From: a virus
Lineage: Duplodnaviria; Heunggongvirae; Uroviricota; Caudoviricetes
DNA length: 64,000 nucleotides
Direction: 5' to 3' (one strand)
IMG/VR virus record: IMGVR_UViG_3300045988_147321
The notes beneath the pieces were generated by a model. It saw nothing but the letters and a program-made list of their open reading frames with translations. It was not told where the DNA came from and searched no databases. The position numbers were made by a program, and so were the translations under genes. Each line of letters starts with the position of its first letter. Position 1 is the stretch's first letter. Below are positions 1 through 8,717 of the stretch, one piece after another.

Positions 1-32
1 CAGTCAACATAAAATCGCGTATAGTCAATGTT

Positions 33-140
33 GATCCCGTTTCAGGCCATGAACGGCGCGGCTTACAGCGATCCGGGATCTTCTTTGGATCTTCCTAGGT
101 TCTCTTTGGGATCTGTTTATTGGATCTATGCTGTGGATAA
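33..140. promoter_or_regulatory. Partial plasmid replication origin (oriR-like): GATC-containing heptamer repeats plus a DnaA box
   Basis: GATC at 70, 77, 88, 110 and 123 inside GGATC heptamers (another at 33); TGTGGATAA DnaA box at 132-140. The window starts inside the origin, so iterons and repA would lie upstream of the window. Confidence 0.45.
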
Positions 141-182
141 GTTGAATAAACCGGCCAACATAGCCGGTTGGAAGGAAGGGTA

Positions 183-575
183 TTATTCTACGCTTTCGAT
201 AAGAAGACCATGTTCATAACATTTAAGCTCATCGCCTTCGTACAGGAATTGGTATCCAATACCACCATTTTCATGGACATTAGGGAATAACTCATAACTC
301 ACTGAAGAGCAAATCACACCAATGCAGCGATCAACGCCTTCTCGTTCTTCAGTGCTGAAAAAATCCTCTTCGGTAAGAACATGAGTACATTGATCATCAG
401 CATAGGTCGGAAATACATGCTCAATGCAATCCGGGTGTTTTAAACCAAGCTGAGCGGCAAGCTCGAAAGCATGACGGTATTGTTCAGATCCTGGCTTGCC
501 AACAGTGATGTGCTCAATTTTGTAGATTGAAGTCGCTTTGTTGATAGTTTGCTTTACTGTTACTTTATCAGACAT
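183..575 (-). CDS. Hypothetical protein, last gene of the leftward operon
   Basis: 130-aa ORF with no recognisable motif; at the P1 upfA position by synteny. Confidence 0.45.
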   Translation of the reverse strand: MSDKVTVKQTINKATSIYKIEHITVGKPGSEQYRHAFELAAQLGLKHPDCIEHVFPTYADDQCTHVLTEEDFFSTEEREGVDRCIGVICSSVSYELFPNVHENGGIGYQFLYEGDELKCYEHGLLIESVE

Positions 576-586
576 AAAAATCCCTT

Positions 587-919
587 TTAGTTACCGCTGA
601 TAGCGCGGTTGTAATCATTAACGTTGCGATTCTTCCTGTTAATCCCCATCAGCATCGTTTCTGTATCGAGGATATACGCTGGCAGATCATCGAAATATTC
701 ACTGCTAAACTCTGGCATTCTGCACATAAATGCACTTTTGGGGGCAGGGTGGTTAACCTTTGTCGGCGTCGGCGTTAAATTCGCTGATCGACTCCCGGAG
801 CAACCGCTGAGTGTCAGCAGGAATGCGCTGGCGAACATTACCCGCCGCAACCAGTTGTTTCTGAACTTCAGCTTTTCGTTCCATTTGCCTGTCAGCATAT
901 TTGGCTTGTTCTGATTCAT
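587..919 (-). CDS. Small lipoprotein (lipobox LSGC), o-spanin-like, overlapping the 3' end of the upstream gene
   Basis: Signal peptide ending in the lipobox L-S-G-C, proline-containing mature part, starts inside gene 753-1175 in another frame. Start ambiguous (919, 898 or 838). At the P1 mlp position by synteny. Confidence 0.45.
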   Translation of the reverse strand: MNQNKPNMLTGKWNEKLKFRNNWLRRVMFASAFLLTLSGCSGSRSANLTPTPTKVNHPAPKSAFMCRMPEFSSEYFDDLPAYILDTETMLMGINRKNRNVNDYNRAISGN

Positions 920-1175
920 TTTTCACTTCCTGGCTGTGAAAATGTTGCTCTGCTTTGTTCATCGTCTCAATGGTCTGGTTAAGATCCATTATTGACTTAT
1001 CACGTTCCTTAACAGCCTGATCAAGACTGCCAATTTTCTCGATGGCTTGCTTTAGCTGATGACGTTCCCATGCAAACCCAGCACCAACAAGTGCGCAAAT
1101 CAGAACAAGAACACCAGTAGCAGCAAGTTTCTCCTTCAAAGACAAAGCTGTTTTTAACGTAGAAAAGAATGACAT
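753..1175 (-). CDS. N-terminally anchored coiled-coil periplasmic protein, i-spanin-like
   Basis: Start MSFFSTLK preceded by AGGAGG; one N-terminal transmembrane segment followed by a charged coiled-coil region; the lipoprotein gene overlaps its 3' end. At the P1 ppfA position by synteny. Confidence 0.45.
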   Translation of the reverse strand: MSFFSTLKTALSLKEKLAATGVLVLICALVGAGFAWERHQLKQAIEKIGSLDQAVKERDKSIMDLNQTIETMNKAEQHFHSQEVKNESEQAKYADRQMERKAEVQKQLVAAGNVRQRIPADTQRLLRESISEFNADADKG

Positions 1176-1214
1176 GTCTTCCTCCTGAAGAAAAATTATC
1201 AATGAAGTCCTTTG

Positions 1215-2003
1215 TTACTGTGCCGCTTTGTTTAATTCATCAAGAACAGAATCAGGAACCAAAGCAGCAACTGCGCTGGCTGTGCTGGCCTTATTTGCTG
1301 ATGCTTCCGCAAGCGCAGTACCGATAGCATGGTTATAAGCAGTTATGGCTACATTGGCGCTTTCATTCGCTCGTTCATACTGCTGTTGTAACGCAGTTGT
1401 GGGCGCTGTTGTCTGGTTGAATACAACCCCAAACTGTTCAGTTGCTACTTTCAGAGATTCAATTTGCTCTTCTGTTAGTGCTGGTGGGGGAGTGGCAGTG
1501 CCGCCGCCTGAACCAGAGCCTGACGAGCTTCCTGAGCCAGTGTTAAGGGTCTGGTTAATCTCCCCCATAGCAGCGACTAAACTTGATGTATTAAGCGCGT
1601 TTACAGCGTCCTCAAGCGATTTAGTAATAGTCACATCACCAATGGCAATAGAGATCGGCAGTTCTGATACTTCTCGCTCATTAGCACGGCAGTAAACATC
1701 CCAACCAATATCGAGTTGAAGCAGCATTGACAGATCTGCATAACCAGCCAACAGGTCCGCGTGCTTAGTTGCCAGTTCTCCAATGTTCGTTAAGCCGGTT
1801 GTGGTTGTTCTGATCGTTGAAACATAGCTGGTAATAGTGTCGGGATAGACAATTGTATCCAGAATTAATCCGGTCAATTCTTCTGCAAGCAGTTTTGCTG
1901 TGTTAGCACTGTTTCGTGCCGATGTTATGGCACCAGGTGTTTTCATCCCACCGGCGGCGGCCAATTTTTTATATGCGGATAACTGGTAGTCTTTTTCCAG
2001 CAT
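1215..2003 (-). CDS. Hypothetical protein with a Gly/Ser-rich linker
   Basis: ORF 1215-2060; internal ATG at 2003 is preceded by AGGAG. SGSGSGGG linker. P1 upfB position. Confidence 0.4.
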   Translation of the reverse strand: MLEKDYQLSAYKKLAAAGGMKTPGAITSARNSANTAKLLAEELTGLILDTIVYPDTITSYVSTIRTTTTGLTNIGELATKHADLLAGYADLSMLLQLDIGWDVYCRANEREVSELPISIAIGDVTITKSLEDAVNALNTSSLVAAMGEINQTLNTGSGSSSGSGSGGGTATPPPALTEEQIESLKVATEQFGVVFNQTTAPTTALQQQYERANESANVAITAYNHAIGTALAEASANKASTASAVAALVPDSVLDELNKAAQ

Positions 2004-2011
2004 GATATCTC

Positions 2012-2296
2012 CTAACTTACCTGAACCAGGCCGTCTCCGGACGCTACGGTAGATCCGCATGAAACAGGGTCACCAACGCATACGATCCCTTTACCATTGA
2101 CGGTAAACCATGCCCTGGTTGATATAGCTTGCCCACCGTGCGTACTGTTTCCATCGGTATGCTGTGCATATTGCTTACCATCAACTAACACTTCGACTCC
2201 GTTGACTTTAAGTAGTGCTTCACTCTCTACAGGAGGCCTGGATGGGAATCCTCCGTGCCCCGAACAAATGCTGTCTTTTGTTGCAATACTTGCCAC
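2012..2296 (-). CDS. PAAR-like small protein (possible spike-tip protein)
   Basis: 94 aa, GTG start; repeated GHGG/HGG, VNG and a GDPVSCGS motif resembling PAAR-repeat proteins. P1 upfC position. Confidence 0.35.
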   Translation of the reverse strand: MASIATKDSICSGHGGFPSRPPVESEALLKVNGVEVLVDGKQYAQHTDGNSTHGGQAISTRAWFTVNGKGIVCVGDPVSCGSTVASGDGLVQVS

Positions 2297-2377
2297 GTTA
2301 TCACCAATTATTTGCTCTGATTTTCGTTATTTTAACTCAGGTTGTTTGTGGTCTACATGGAGTTCAACTATTGCAAA

Positions 2378-2394
2378 ATTGCTCTAATAAATAT
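2378..2394 (+). promoter_or_regulatory. C1-repressor operator-like 17-mer between divergent operons
   Basis: ATTGCTCTAATAAATAT, 16/17 match to the P1 C1 operator consensus ATTGCTCTAATAAATTT. Confidence 0.5.
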
Positions 2395-2465
2395 TGTTTT
2401 TTATGTCGTATTTTCGGTACCATTCAGCCATCGCCCTTCAATGGGCATTTGTTTGGAGTCGTCAG

Positions 2466-2750
2466 ATGCAGATGGAGCTAATAAGCCGCAAAGAGTTCGA
2501 TAGCCGTGTAACCAGCGGTGAACTCGACAACTTGCAGGCTATCAAGGTGAAAGAAGGCTTTTGCCTCATTGGGAATCAGAGCGGAACAAATCGCGTTTTT
2601 ATGCTTCGCCGTACGGATTTGAAGCCATTTGTCTGGAAGAACGAAATTGGTCCCAGCTCATACGCTCAAACGAGGGGGTGCCACAACCTGGCCTTTTTCT
2701 ACAAAGACGAGCTTTCTGTGGTTGATATTCAAGGGTTACAACATGTTTAA
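2466..2750 (+). CDS. uhr: Small protein upstream of hrdC
   Basis: ORF 2394-2750; internal ATG at 2466 has GGAG upstream; stop overlaps the hrdC start. Confidence 0.4.
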   Translation: MQMELISRKEFDSRVTSGELDNLQAIKVKEGFCLIGNQSGTNRVFMLRRTDLKPFVWKNEIGPSSYAQTRGCHNLAFFYKDELSVVDIQGLQHV

Positions 2751-3648
2751 GCACTGGAAAAACATTACTATTTATAAACTTTCTCGTGAGGCGGATCTGA
2801 CCGACTTAGAAGATAAAAAGAAAATGATCCTTTTCACACCATGCGGTAGTCAGGATATGGCCAAGTTCGGTTTTGTATCTCCATTTGGTGATAATTCCGA
2901 AGTTATCGCTATGCATGGAAATGGTTTTATCCTTGTTGAAGCAAAGCGCGAAACAAAAATTCTTCCCCCGCCGGTTATCCAGCGAGCTATTCAAGAAAAA
3001 ATTGAAAAACTTGAGCAAGAACAAGCGCGTAAACTGAAGAAAACAGAGAAGGACTCCCTGAAAGACGAAGTTCTGCATTCTCTTCTGCCACGGGCTTTTT
3101 CAAAGTTTTCTGTTATCCAGGCGATCTACGACGGTTCAACTAAACGTATCTATATCAATGCCAGCGCGCGGCAGGCAGAGGATATGCTCGCGCTTATGCG
3201 TAAATCTCTGGGTTCTCTTCCTGTCGTTCCCCTAAGTGTTGAAAATCCCATTGAATTAACGCTGACCGACTGGGTACGTGATGGTAGTGCTCCACAGGGA
3301 TTTCAAATGGGGGATGCGGCAGAACTTAAGGCAGTGCTTGAGGATGGCGGTATTGCCCGAGTGAAAAAGCAGGATTTGGGAAGCGATGAAATTTCCACAC
3401 ACCTGGAAGCTGGCAAGCTCGTCACTAAGTTGGCACTCGACTGGCAGAACCGCATTAAATTTACACTGGACCATAACTTCAGCCTTACCAGCGTCAAATT
3501 TGCGGATGAATTGCTTGAGCAGAACTCTGATATTGATAGTGAAGATGTAGCGCAGCGACTGGACGCAGATTTCTTCCTGTTGACCAGTGAAATTTCGTGC
3601 CTGGTTGATGCTCTGGTAAATGCCCTTGGTGGAGAGGCTAAGCAGTGA
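2743..3648 (+). CDS. hrdC: RdgC-like recombination-associated protein
   Basis: Translation from [13 protein letters not shown] aligns along its length with E. coli RdgC ([47 protein letters not shown]). Confidence 0.8.
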   Translation: MFKHWKNITIYKLSREADLTDLEDKKKMILFTPCGSQDMAKFGFVSPFGDNSEVIAMHGNGFILVEAKRETKILPPPVIQRAIQEKIEKLEQEQARKLKKTEKDSLKDEVLHSLLPRAFSKFSVIQAIYDGSTKRIYINASARQAEDMLALMRKSLGSLPVVPLSVENPIELTLTDWVRDGSAPQGFQMGDAAELKAVLEDGGIARVKKQDLGSDEISTHLEAGKLVTKLALDWQNRIKFTLDHNFSLTSVKFADELLEQNSDIDSEDVAQRLDADFFLLTSEISCLVDALVNALGGEAKQ

Positions 3649-5909
3649 AAGAGCTGTGCTATGGATCTGTTTGCAGTGGAATTGAAGCCGCGAGTATTGC
3701 CTGGGAACCGTTGGGTATGCGTCCGGCGTGGTTTGCTGAAATCGAGCCTTTTCCATCTGCCGTTCTTGCGCACCGCTGGCCCCATGTCGCCAACCTTGGC
3801 GACATGACAAAACTTGCCAAAAAAGTCCTGGCTGGGGAAATCGAATCCCCTGATGTGCTCGTCGGGGGAACACCTTGTCAGGCATTCAGTATCGCTGGAT
3901 TACGTGGTGGGCTTGATGATGAGCGTGGCGCGCTAACTTTAAAGTATGTGGAGCTTGCAAATGCAATTGACGACAAACGGGCTGAGTCATTTCTCAAACC
4001 GACAGTTATCGTCTGGGAAAATGTCCCAGGAGTCCTGTCATCGGCAGATAACGCCTTCGGATGTTTCCTTGCCGGATTGGCTGGAGAAGATGCGCCATTT
4101 GAACCAGGTGATCGACCTGAATCAGGAAAAAGTAACGCGTTCTGGCGGTGGGATGGCAAAACCGGTTGCCATGCTCCAAAGTGGCCGCAGTGTGGTTGTA
4201 TTTATGGACCGCAGCGAAAGGTGGCCTGGAGAATCCTTGATGCCCAATACTTCGGAGTGGCACAACGACGCCGACGCGTGTTTGTTGTCGCAAGTGCTCG
4301 AACAGACCTCGATCCCGCAACGGTACTTTTTGAGTTCGAAGGCGTGCGCCGGAATATTGCGCCGAGCCGAAAAAAGAAGGAAATCGCTTCCGCCATTATT
4401 GCAAATGGCGCTGCAATCAGTGGCGAAAGCCTAAATCCATGCCTACACGCTGACATGCCACCCGGTATGAAATCGACGAAAGCCGTAAACGCTTTCAGGA
4501 TGGCAGCATTTGGGGAATATATTGACGATGAAACCGCATCGACAGTAAAGGCAAGAGATTTTAAAGATGCCACTGACCTTGCCGTTTTTAGCAGCACAGG
4601 AGCAGGTTTTTGGTCAGAAGGGCATGGTACATTGCGGGCACGTGAGCAAGAAAGCCATGAGCATCTTGTTACATTGGCTTTTCCTGAGCGTATGAGCGGT
4701 ACACAACATGCTGCAACTAAGAATACTTCACCATCTCTAATGGCTAAAAATCCAACAGCTGTTTGCTATGAAGTAAGAAACGCAGAAGTAGCTGTCCGCC
4801 GTCTTACCCCTGTCGAATGTGAAAGGCTGCAAGGTTTTCCTGATGGGCATACGTTGATCCCGACGGAAAAGCGTAAAAAAGTTAATTCAGATGAACTGGC
4901 ATATCTTCGCAATCACTATCCAGATTTAAGCGAAGAAGAGGCCGCGATGCTTGCAGCTGACGGACCGCGTTACAAAGCGATCGGCAATAGTATGGCAATA
5001 CCAGTAATGCGCTGGATTGGCGATCGGATTACTAAGGCCGTATGTCGGCAGAAAGAAGGAAGTGAAACAAAAGAGCGAAAAGTTAAACCAGCGGCAGAAT
5101 TCGAACGGTCCATATTCAAATGGGCTGGTGGAAAATTTGGTGTTCTGGAACAAATCTTTCGCTATTTGCCAGAAGGGAAGCGCCTGATTGAACCTTTCGT
5201 TGGTGGCGGAGCTGTCTTCATGAATGCCGGATACCAGGAAAATCTGCTAAATGATGTGAATGCTGACCTGATTAACTTTTACAAGACTCTGCAACGCGAG
5301 GCGAATTCACTTATCACTCTGGCACATCGTTTCTTCCAGGACTACAACACACAGGAAGGATACCTGGCAGTACGGAATGCGTTTAACAAACAAGTCTATG
5401 ATGATTTACATCGCGCAGCGGCGTTTTTGTTCCTGAACCGACATTGTTTTAACGGATTGACGCGTTACAACCAGGCCGGTGAGTTCAATGTCGGTTATGG
5501 GAAGTATAAAACTCCGTATTTCCCATTACAGGAGATGGAAGCCTTCCTCGGTGCGGAAGGGCGGTCTGAGTTTGTATGCGGTGATTTTGCAGCGGTGATT
5601 GAAGCTGCCGGAGAAGGAGATGTTATCTTTTGCGATCCGCCGTATGAACCGCTTCCAAATACAGAGGGATTCACGAACTATTCCGGTCATGACTTTAAGT
5701 TTGAAGAGCAAAAACGCCTGGTGTCTCTGTTGACGGATGCTCATCGTCGAGGTGCAAAGGTTCTCATTACTAACAGTGGCGCGCCAAACATCAGAGAGCT
5801 TTATCATGACAGTGGCTTCAGAGTGGAACCTCTTTTTGCCAGACGTTCTGTGTCTTGTAAGGGGGACACTCGAGGTGTAGCTCATGACGTTTTGGGCATA
5901 TTGCTCTAA
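3645..5909 (+). CDS. dmt: Fused DNA methyltransferase: N-terminal C5-cytosine (Dcm-like) domain plus C-terminal N6-adenine (Dam-like) domain
   Basis: 754 aa. C5-MTase motifs [23 protein letters not shown]; Dam motifs KWAGGK and DPPY in the C-terminal third. GTG start overlaps the hrdC stop. Confidence 0.8.
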   Translation: MKELCYGSVCSGIEAASIAWEPLGMRPAWFAEIEPFPSAVLAHRWPHVANLGDMTKLAKKVLAGEIESPDVLVGGTPCQAFSIAGLRGGLDDERGALTLKYVELANAIDDKRAESFLKPTVIVWENVPGVLSSADNAFGCFLAGLAGEDAPFEPGDRPESGKSNAFWRWDGKTGCHAPKWPQCGCIYGPQRKVAWRILDAQYFGVAQRRRRVFVVASARTDLDPATVLFEFEGVRRNIAPSRKKKEIASAIIANGAAISGESLNPCLHADMPPGMKSTKAVNAFRMAAFGEYIDDETASTVKARDFKDATDLAVFSSTGAGFWSEGHGTLRAREQESHEHLVTLAFPERMSGTQHAATKNTSPSLMAKNPTAVCYEVRNAEVAVRRLTPVECERLQGFPDGHTLIPTEKRKKVNSDELAYLRNHYPDLSEEEAAMLAADGPRYKAIGNSMAIPVMRWIGDRITKAVCRQKEGSETKERKVKPAAEFERSIFKWAGGKFGVLEQIFRYLPEGKRLIEPFVGGGAVFMNAGYQENLLNDVNADLINFYKTLQREANSLITLAHRFFQDYNTQEGYLAVRNAFNKQVYDDLHRAAAFLFLNRHCFNGLTRYNQAGEFNVGYGKYKTPYFPLQEMEAFLGAEGRSEFVCGDFAAVIEAAGEGDVIFCDPPYEPLPNTEGFTNYSGHDFKFEEQKRLVSLLTDAHRRGAKVLITNSGAPNIRELYHDSGFRVEPLFARRSVSCKGDTRGVAHDVLGILL

Positions 5910-5916
5910 TAAATTT
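5900..5916 (+). promoter_or_regulatory. C1 operator, perfect 17/17 match, overlapping the dmt stop codon
   Basis: ATTGCTCTAATAAATTT; followed by an inverted operator-like half (AAATTTATTAGTGTAAT, about 5910-5926). Confidence 0.55.
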
Positions 5917-6581
5917 ATTAGTGTAATATCGCCCCAATGAATCGTGATTTATAGAGCGATTTAGCTGTTAGCCGCGACAGGCGCGGCGGTAAGCATGGCT
6001 GGGCCTAGTCCTCCCAGACAAACCACCGAGTTGCCAGGTTGACCATGCGCCTAAGTGGCAACGCCGAAGTGCGTTACGAGCTTCCAGTTTGCCCATCTTC
6101 GGGTGGGCGTTTTTTCAGGGTTTTCGTCATGGTTAGCGACTTTGCGGCGGTTTAGAAACTGACCATTAAAGTAAATGCAAACGATGATCTGATGATGGTA
6201 GCGGCCTAAGAAACCAGATGCCACGGGGTATGAGTCGTCCCCCGTCAAAAAAATCGACCGCAGAGTGTCCCCGTCTGTGTATTAGGGAACGGGGAGGCAC
6301 AACAGGTAAGGGCGCTGGTGTGATTAACCAGATGAACGAGAAGGGGCCATCTGTTGGTCAGCGTCCTTTCCTGTTGCGTTTTCTTTTCAGCGTAACAGCG
6401 GTGCTTAACAGCACTTTGGGTACAGTTCCACGAATTTACGGGTATATCCCGTCATGCTGAAGGCGCTAATCACGCTGGAAGCCAGGGTTGTGCATCCCCT
6501 GTTACCGAATTGCAGCCAGGGCGCGGTGCGCCGAAAAGCATACGGAGGTGGAAGCCCTCGCCGGAGACGTACCCGGCAAGT

Positions 6582-6657
6582 GATGGTGTAGCTCAGCGGT
6601 TAGAGCGGTTGACTGTTAATCAACGGGTCGATGGTTCAAATCCATCCACCATCGCCA
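6582..6657 (+). tRNA. tRNA-Asn (anticodon GTT)
   Basis: Manual cloverleaf: 7-bp acceptor stem GATGGTG/CACCATC, D-arm GCTCAGCGGTTAGAGC, anticodon loop CTGTTAA, T-arm GATGGTTCAAATCCATC, CCA end. Confidence 0.8.
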
Positions 6658-6659
6658 AT

Positions 6660-6735
6660 GCCGGTTTAGCTCAGTTGGTAGAGCGCCTGCCTTGTAAGCA
6701 GGATGTCAGCGGTTCGAGTCCGTTAATCGGCACCA
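6660..6735 (+). tRNA. tRNA-Thr (anticodon TGT)
   Basis: Manual cloverleaf: acceptor GCCGGTT/AATCGGC (one G-U), anticodon loop CTTGTAA, T-arm GGTTCGAGTCC, CCA end; 2 nt after tRNA-Asn. Confidence 0.8.
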
Positions 6736-6738
6736 GCA

Positions 6739-7540
6739 CAACAGGTAAGGGTATTTTGCGACGTCGGAGATCGCCGAGCTTGGCAGAGGGTTCGAATCCC
6801 TACGAAGTACCCTTACCGTTGTGATGAATGCGCAGGCTGATGCGCGAAAGACATTGCAGCTATTGCGGAAAAGAGCTGTTCGGCGGGGCAATTAAACGCC
6901 CGTGAGAGTCTGAAATAACCGCAAGCCGGAGATCAGCACCGGTCATCACAACACAACAGGTAAGGGCATTCTCCCTTATGGGGCTTGGCTTAAATGCATC
7001 GAGTGCTCTTACCGTTGTGATGAAGTGCAGCTCTTTGAAGCAACCAGAAGATAAGCATCTGGCTTCACAACATAAACCGCAGGAACGACCAATAAACGGT
7101 AGTCCGTATGGAGAACACCCCGTTGAGGAAGAGGCCTGGCCGGAACCGTAACCGGCACTACAACGTTGAGAACACTGGCGTAACGGGGTCATATCCCAAT
7201 CTACGAATAAATGTTGCGTTGCAGCGTGACAACCAGTGTTCTCAACATTGTGGTGAATGCACAGGCTGATGTGCCGCAACTACAGTAGTGCGCGCTTTGC
7301 GGGGCTTGCTACAACCCTGTGTCGGAGTTCAGCACCGACCATCACAGTTTGATTCTCTGGCATGAGCATAACGCTGAAATAAGTCCAGTCTGGTGCGGCC
7401 CGATCACTCGCCGTTAGCTCCACGAAACGGAGCACGTAACAGGTAAGAGCATTCTCCTGTAACGGGTTCATATCCCAATCTACAGGTCCACCAGGAATGC
7501 TCTTTCCGTTGCGGTGAATGCGGCTAAGCGCACGCGGGGA
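6739..7540 (+). repeat. Four degenerate copies of a roughly 100-nt hairpin element in an ORF-poor region downstream of the tRNAs
   Basis: Shared modules: AACAGGTAAG(G/A)GCATTCTCC arm, CCGTTG(T/C)G(A/G)TGAATGC tail, GTAACGGGG(T)TCATATCCCAATCTAC loop; long perfect stems; copy 1 contains a tRNA T-arm-like GAGGGTTCGAATCCCT. Confidence 0.5.
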
Positions 7541-7662
7541 AATGGTTATATCTGTCCATTATTTCTCCTTATTTCCCCGTCCACGGTGGATAACCAGCCA
7601 AAGGACACCGGGAGGCACCCGGCACCGCAACCTTATTTCCCAACCAGTAATGAGGTTAATAA

Positions 7663-8088
7663 ATGCTCGGCATTCTCAAAAAGAAATTCCGCAAAGCGGC
7701 TGGCGGAGTCAAGAAGATGGAAAACCGTGATGCGGTGGAAGCGACTGTCTGGGGCGCATATTCCATTGCATACTCTGACGGCACCTGCGATGCGAAAGAA
7801 ATTGCAGTATTGGAAAAAACCATTGCAGCACTTCCTGCCTTTGCGCCGTTCTCCGGTGAAATTGCCCAGATGAGCGCCAATATTCGCGCTCAATATGAAG
7901 CCTCGCCGCGCCGAGCGAATGCCCAGGCTTTACGTGAACTGGCTGACGTGTCTGGAACTAATGATGCGGTAGATGTTCTGTGCCTATGCATTGATATTGC
8001 TGACCAGGATGGCATTGGGGCAGAAGAGCAGGAGCAATTGAAGAAAATTGCCCAGGCTCTTCAATTGCCACTGGAACAGTATATCTGA
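7663..8088 (+). CDS. tciA: TerB-like (tellurite-resistance family) protein
   Basis: 141 aa, helical, acidic C-terminus; TerB-like by composition; position matches P1 tciA. Confidence 0.5.
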   Translation: MLGILKKKFRKAAGGVKKMENRDAVEATVWGAYSIAYSDGTCDAKEIAVLEKTIAALPAFAPFSGEIAQMSANIRAQYEASPRRANAQALRELADVSGTNDAVDVLCLCIDIADQDGIGAEEQEQLKKIAQALQLPLEQYI

Positions 8089-8252
8089 TGGTTATAAAAG
8101 CACGTCTAATTCTGGCTTTGGTTTTTCTCGTGCTATCTGTGCTGGTGGATTTCACCAGCACAATCCTGTCGGTTTTATCCGACGGGGCGTTGGTAGCAGT
8201 AGCTGTAACATTGGTATGGCCGATATTTAAACCAGCCTCGAAGGATCAGTGA
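8088..8252 (+). CDS. Small membrane protein (54 aa), start overlaps the tciA stop
   Basis: MVIKARLILALVFLVLSVLVDF... read directly; not in the ORF track (under 60 aa). Coordinates may be off by 1 because the printed sequence and ORF track disagree by one base near 8041. P1 tciB position. Confidence 0.4.
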   Translation: MVIKARLILALVFLVLSVLVDFTSTILSVLSDGALVAVAVTLVWPIFKPASKDQ

Positions 8253-8359
8253 TGAGCTTCTGGGATTTTGCAGATAAGTATCCAATTGTTCTCATTATCA
8301 TTGTTGCCATAGTTGTAGGCGGTATTGTTAGCGCCATTGAAGCACTTAGGAAACAGTAA
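8252..8359 (+). CDS. Small membrane peptide (35 aa), start overlaps the upstream stop
   Basis: MSFWDFADKYPIVLIIIVAIVVGGIVSAIEALRKQ; not in the ORF track. P1 tciC position. Confidence 0.4.
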   Translation: MSFWDFADKYPIVLIIIVAIVVGGIVSAIEALRKQ

Positions 8360-8362
8360 TCC

Positions 8363-8438
8363 GGCCCTTTAGCTCAGTGGTTAGAGCTGGCGACTCATAA
8401 TCGCACGGTCACCGGTTCAAGTCCGGTAGGGGCCACCA
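8363..8438 (+). tRNA. tRNA with CAT anticodon, most similar to E. coli tRNA-Ile2 (ileX, lysidine-modified) rather than tRNA-Met
   Basis: Manual fold: acceptor GGCCCTT/AGGGGCC, anticodon loop CTCATAA, T-arm ACCGGTTCAAGTCCGGT, CCA end; near-identical to ileX as I recall it. Confidence 0.75.
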
Positions 8439-8717
8439 TATTTGGTTGTAACACGGCGTCTGGCACATGCGTCGTTAGCGGTCTGGTGACGTTAAAGGGG
8501 TTACCTTTTCCCCTGGCTCAGGCAACAAACCAGGTAGCCGGAATGTGCAAGTCACCGTTGGAGGGATAGCGGATTCAGGGACTCACCATCCTGGCGATTC
8601 GGTGTGACAGCCGGGAAGAGTCCGGCGCATTAATCCTGATTTTCTGGTGATGACTCATATCGTTAGGAGTGATTTGAGTATGCCGATTATATCTGACATT
8701 CAGCACGCCTGGGTGGA

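Noticed and set aside
3256-4597. Minus-strand ORFs of 100-210 aa overlapping hrdC and dmt
   Set aside because: Antisense to two genes with strong homology; Arg/Ser-rich composition is typical of spurious reverse frames.
6744-6817. A third tRNA gene in the first repeat unit (T-arm-like GAGGGTTCGAATCCCT)
   Set aside because: No D-arm or anticodon arm can be drawn, and 8 nt separate the T-stem from the putative acceptor strand; at most a decayed tRNA-like fragment.
6510-6824. 104-aa ORF on the plus strand spanning the tRNA-Asn and tRNA-Thr genes
   Set aside because: It is the translation of two tRNA genes and the following hairpin element; the cloverleaf folds explain the sequence better than a protein.
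6739-7540. Possible CRISPR array suggested by the repeated units
   Set aside because: The units are about 100 nt, degenerate and irregularly spaced, with no short identical direct repeats and no cas genes in the window.
6860-7893. Several 60-140-aa ORFs on both strands in the repeat region
   Set aside because: They are Cys/Arg-rich, low-complexity and overlap each other and the hairpin repeats; they are more likely non-coding.
8041-8100. Apparent frameshift at the tciA C-terminus when the printed sequence is read by hand
   Set aside because: The ORF-track translation (KKIAQALQLPLEQYI) is internally consistent and my line reading differs by a single base; treated as a reading artefact. Coordinates of the small genes just downstream may be off by 1.
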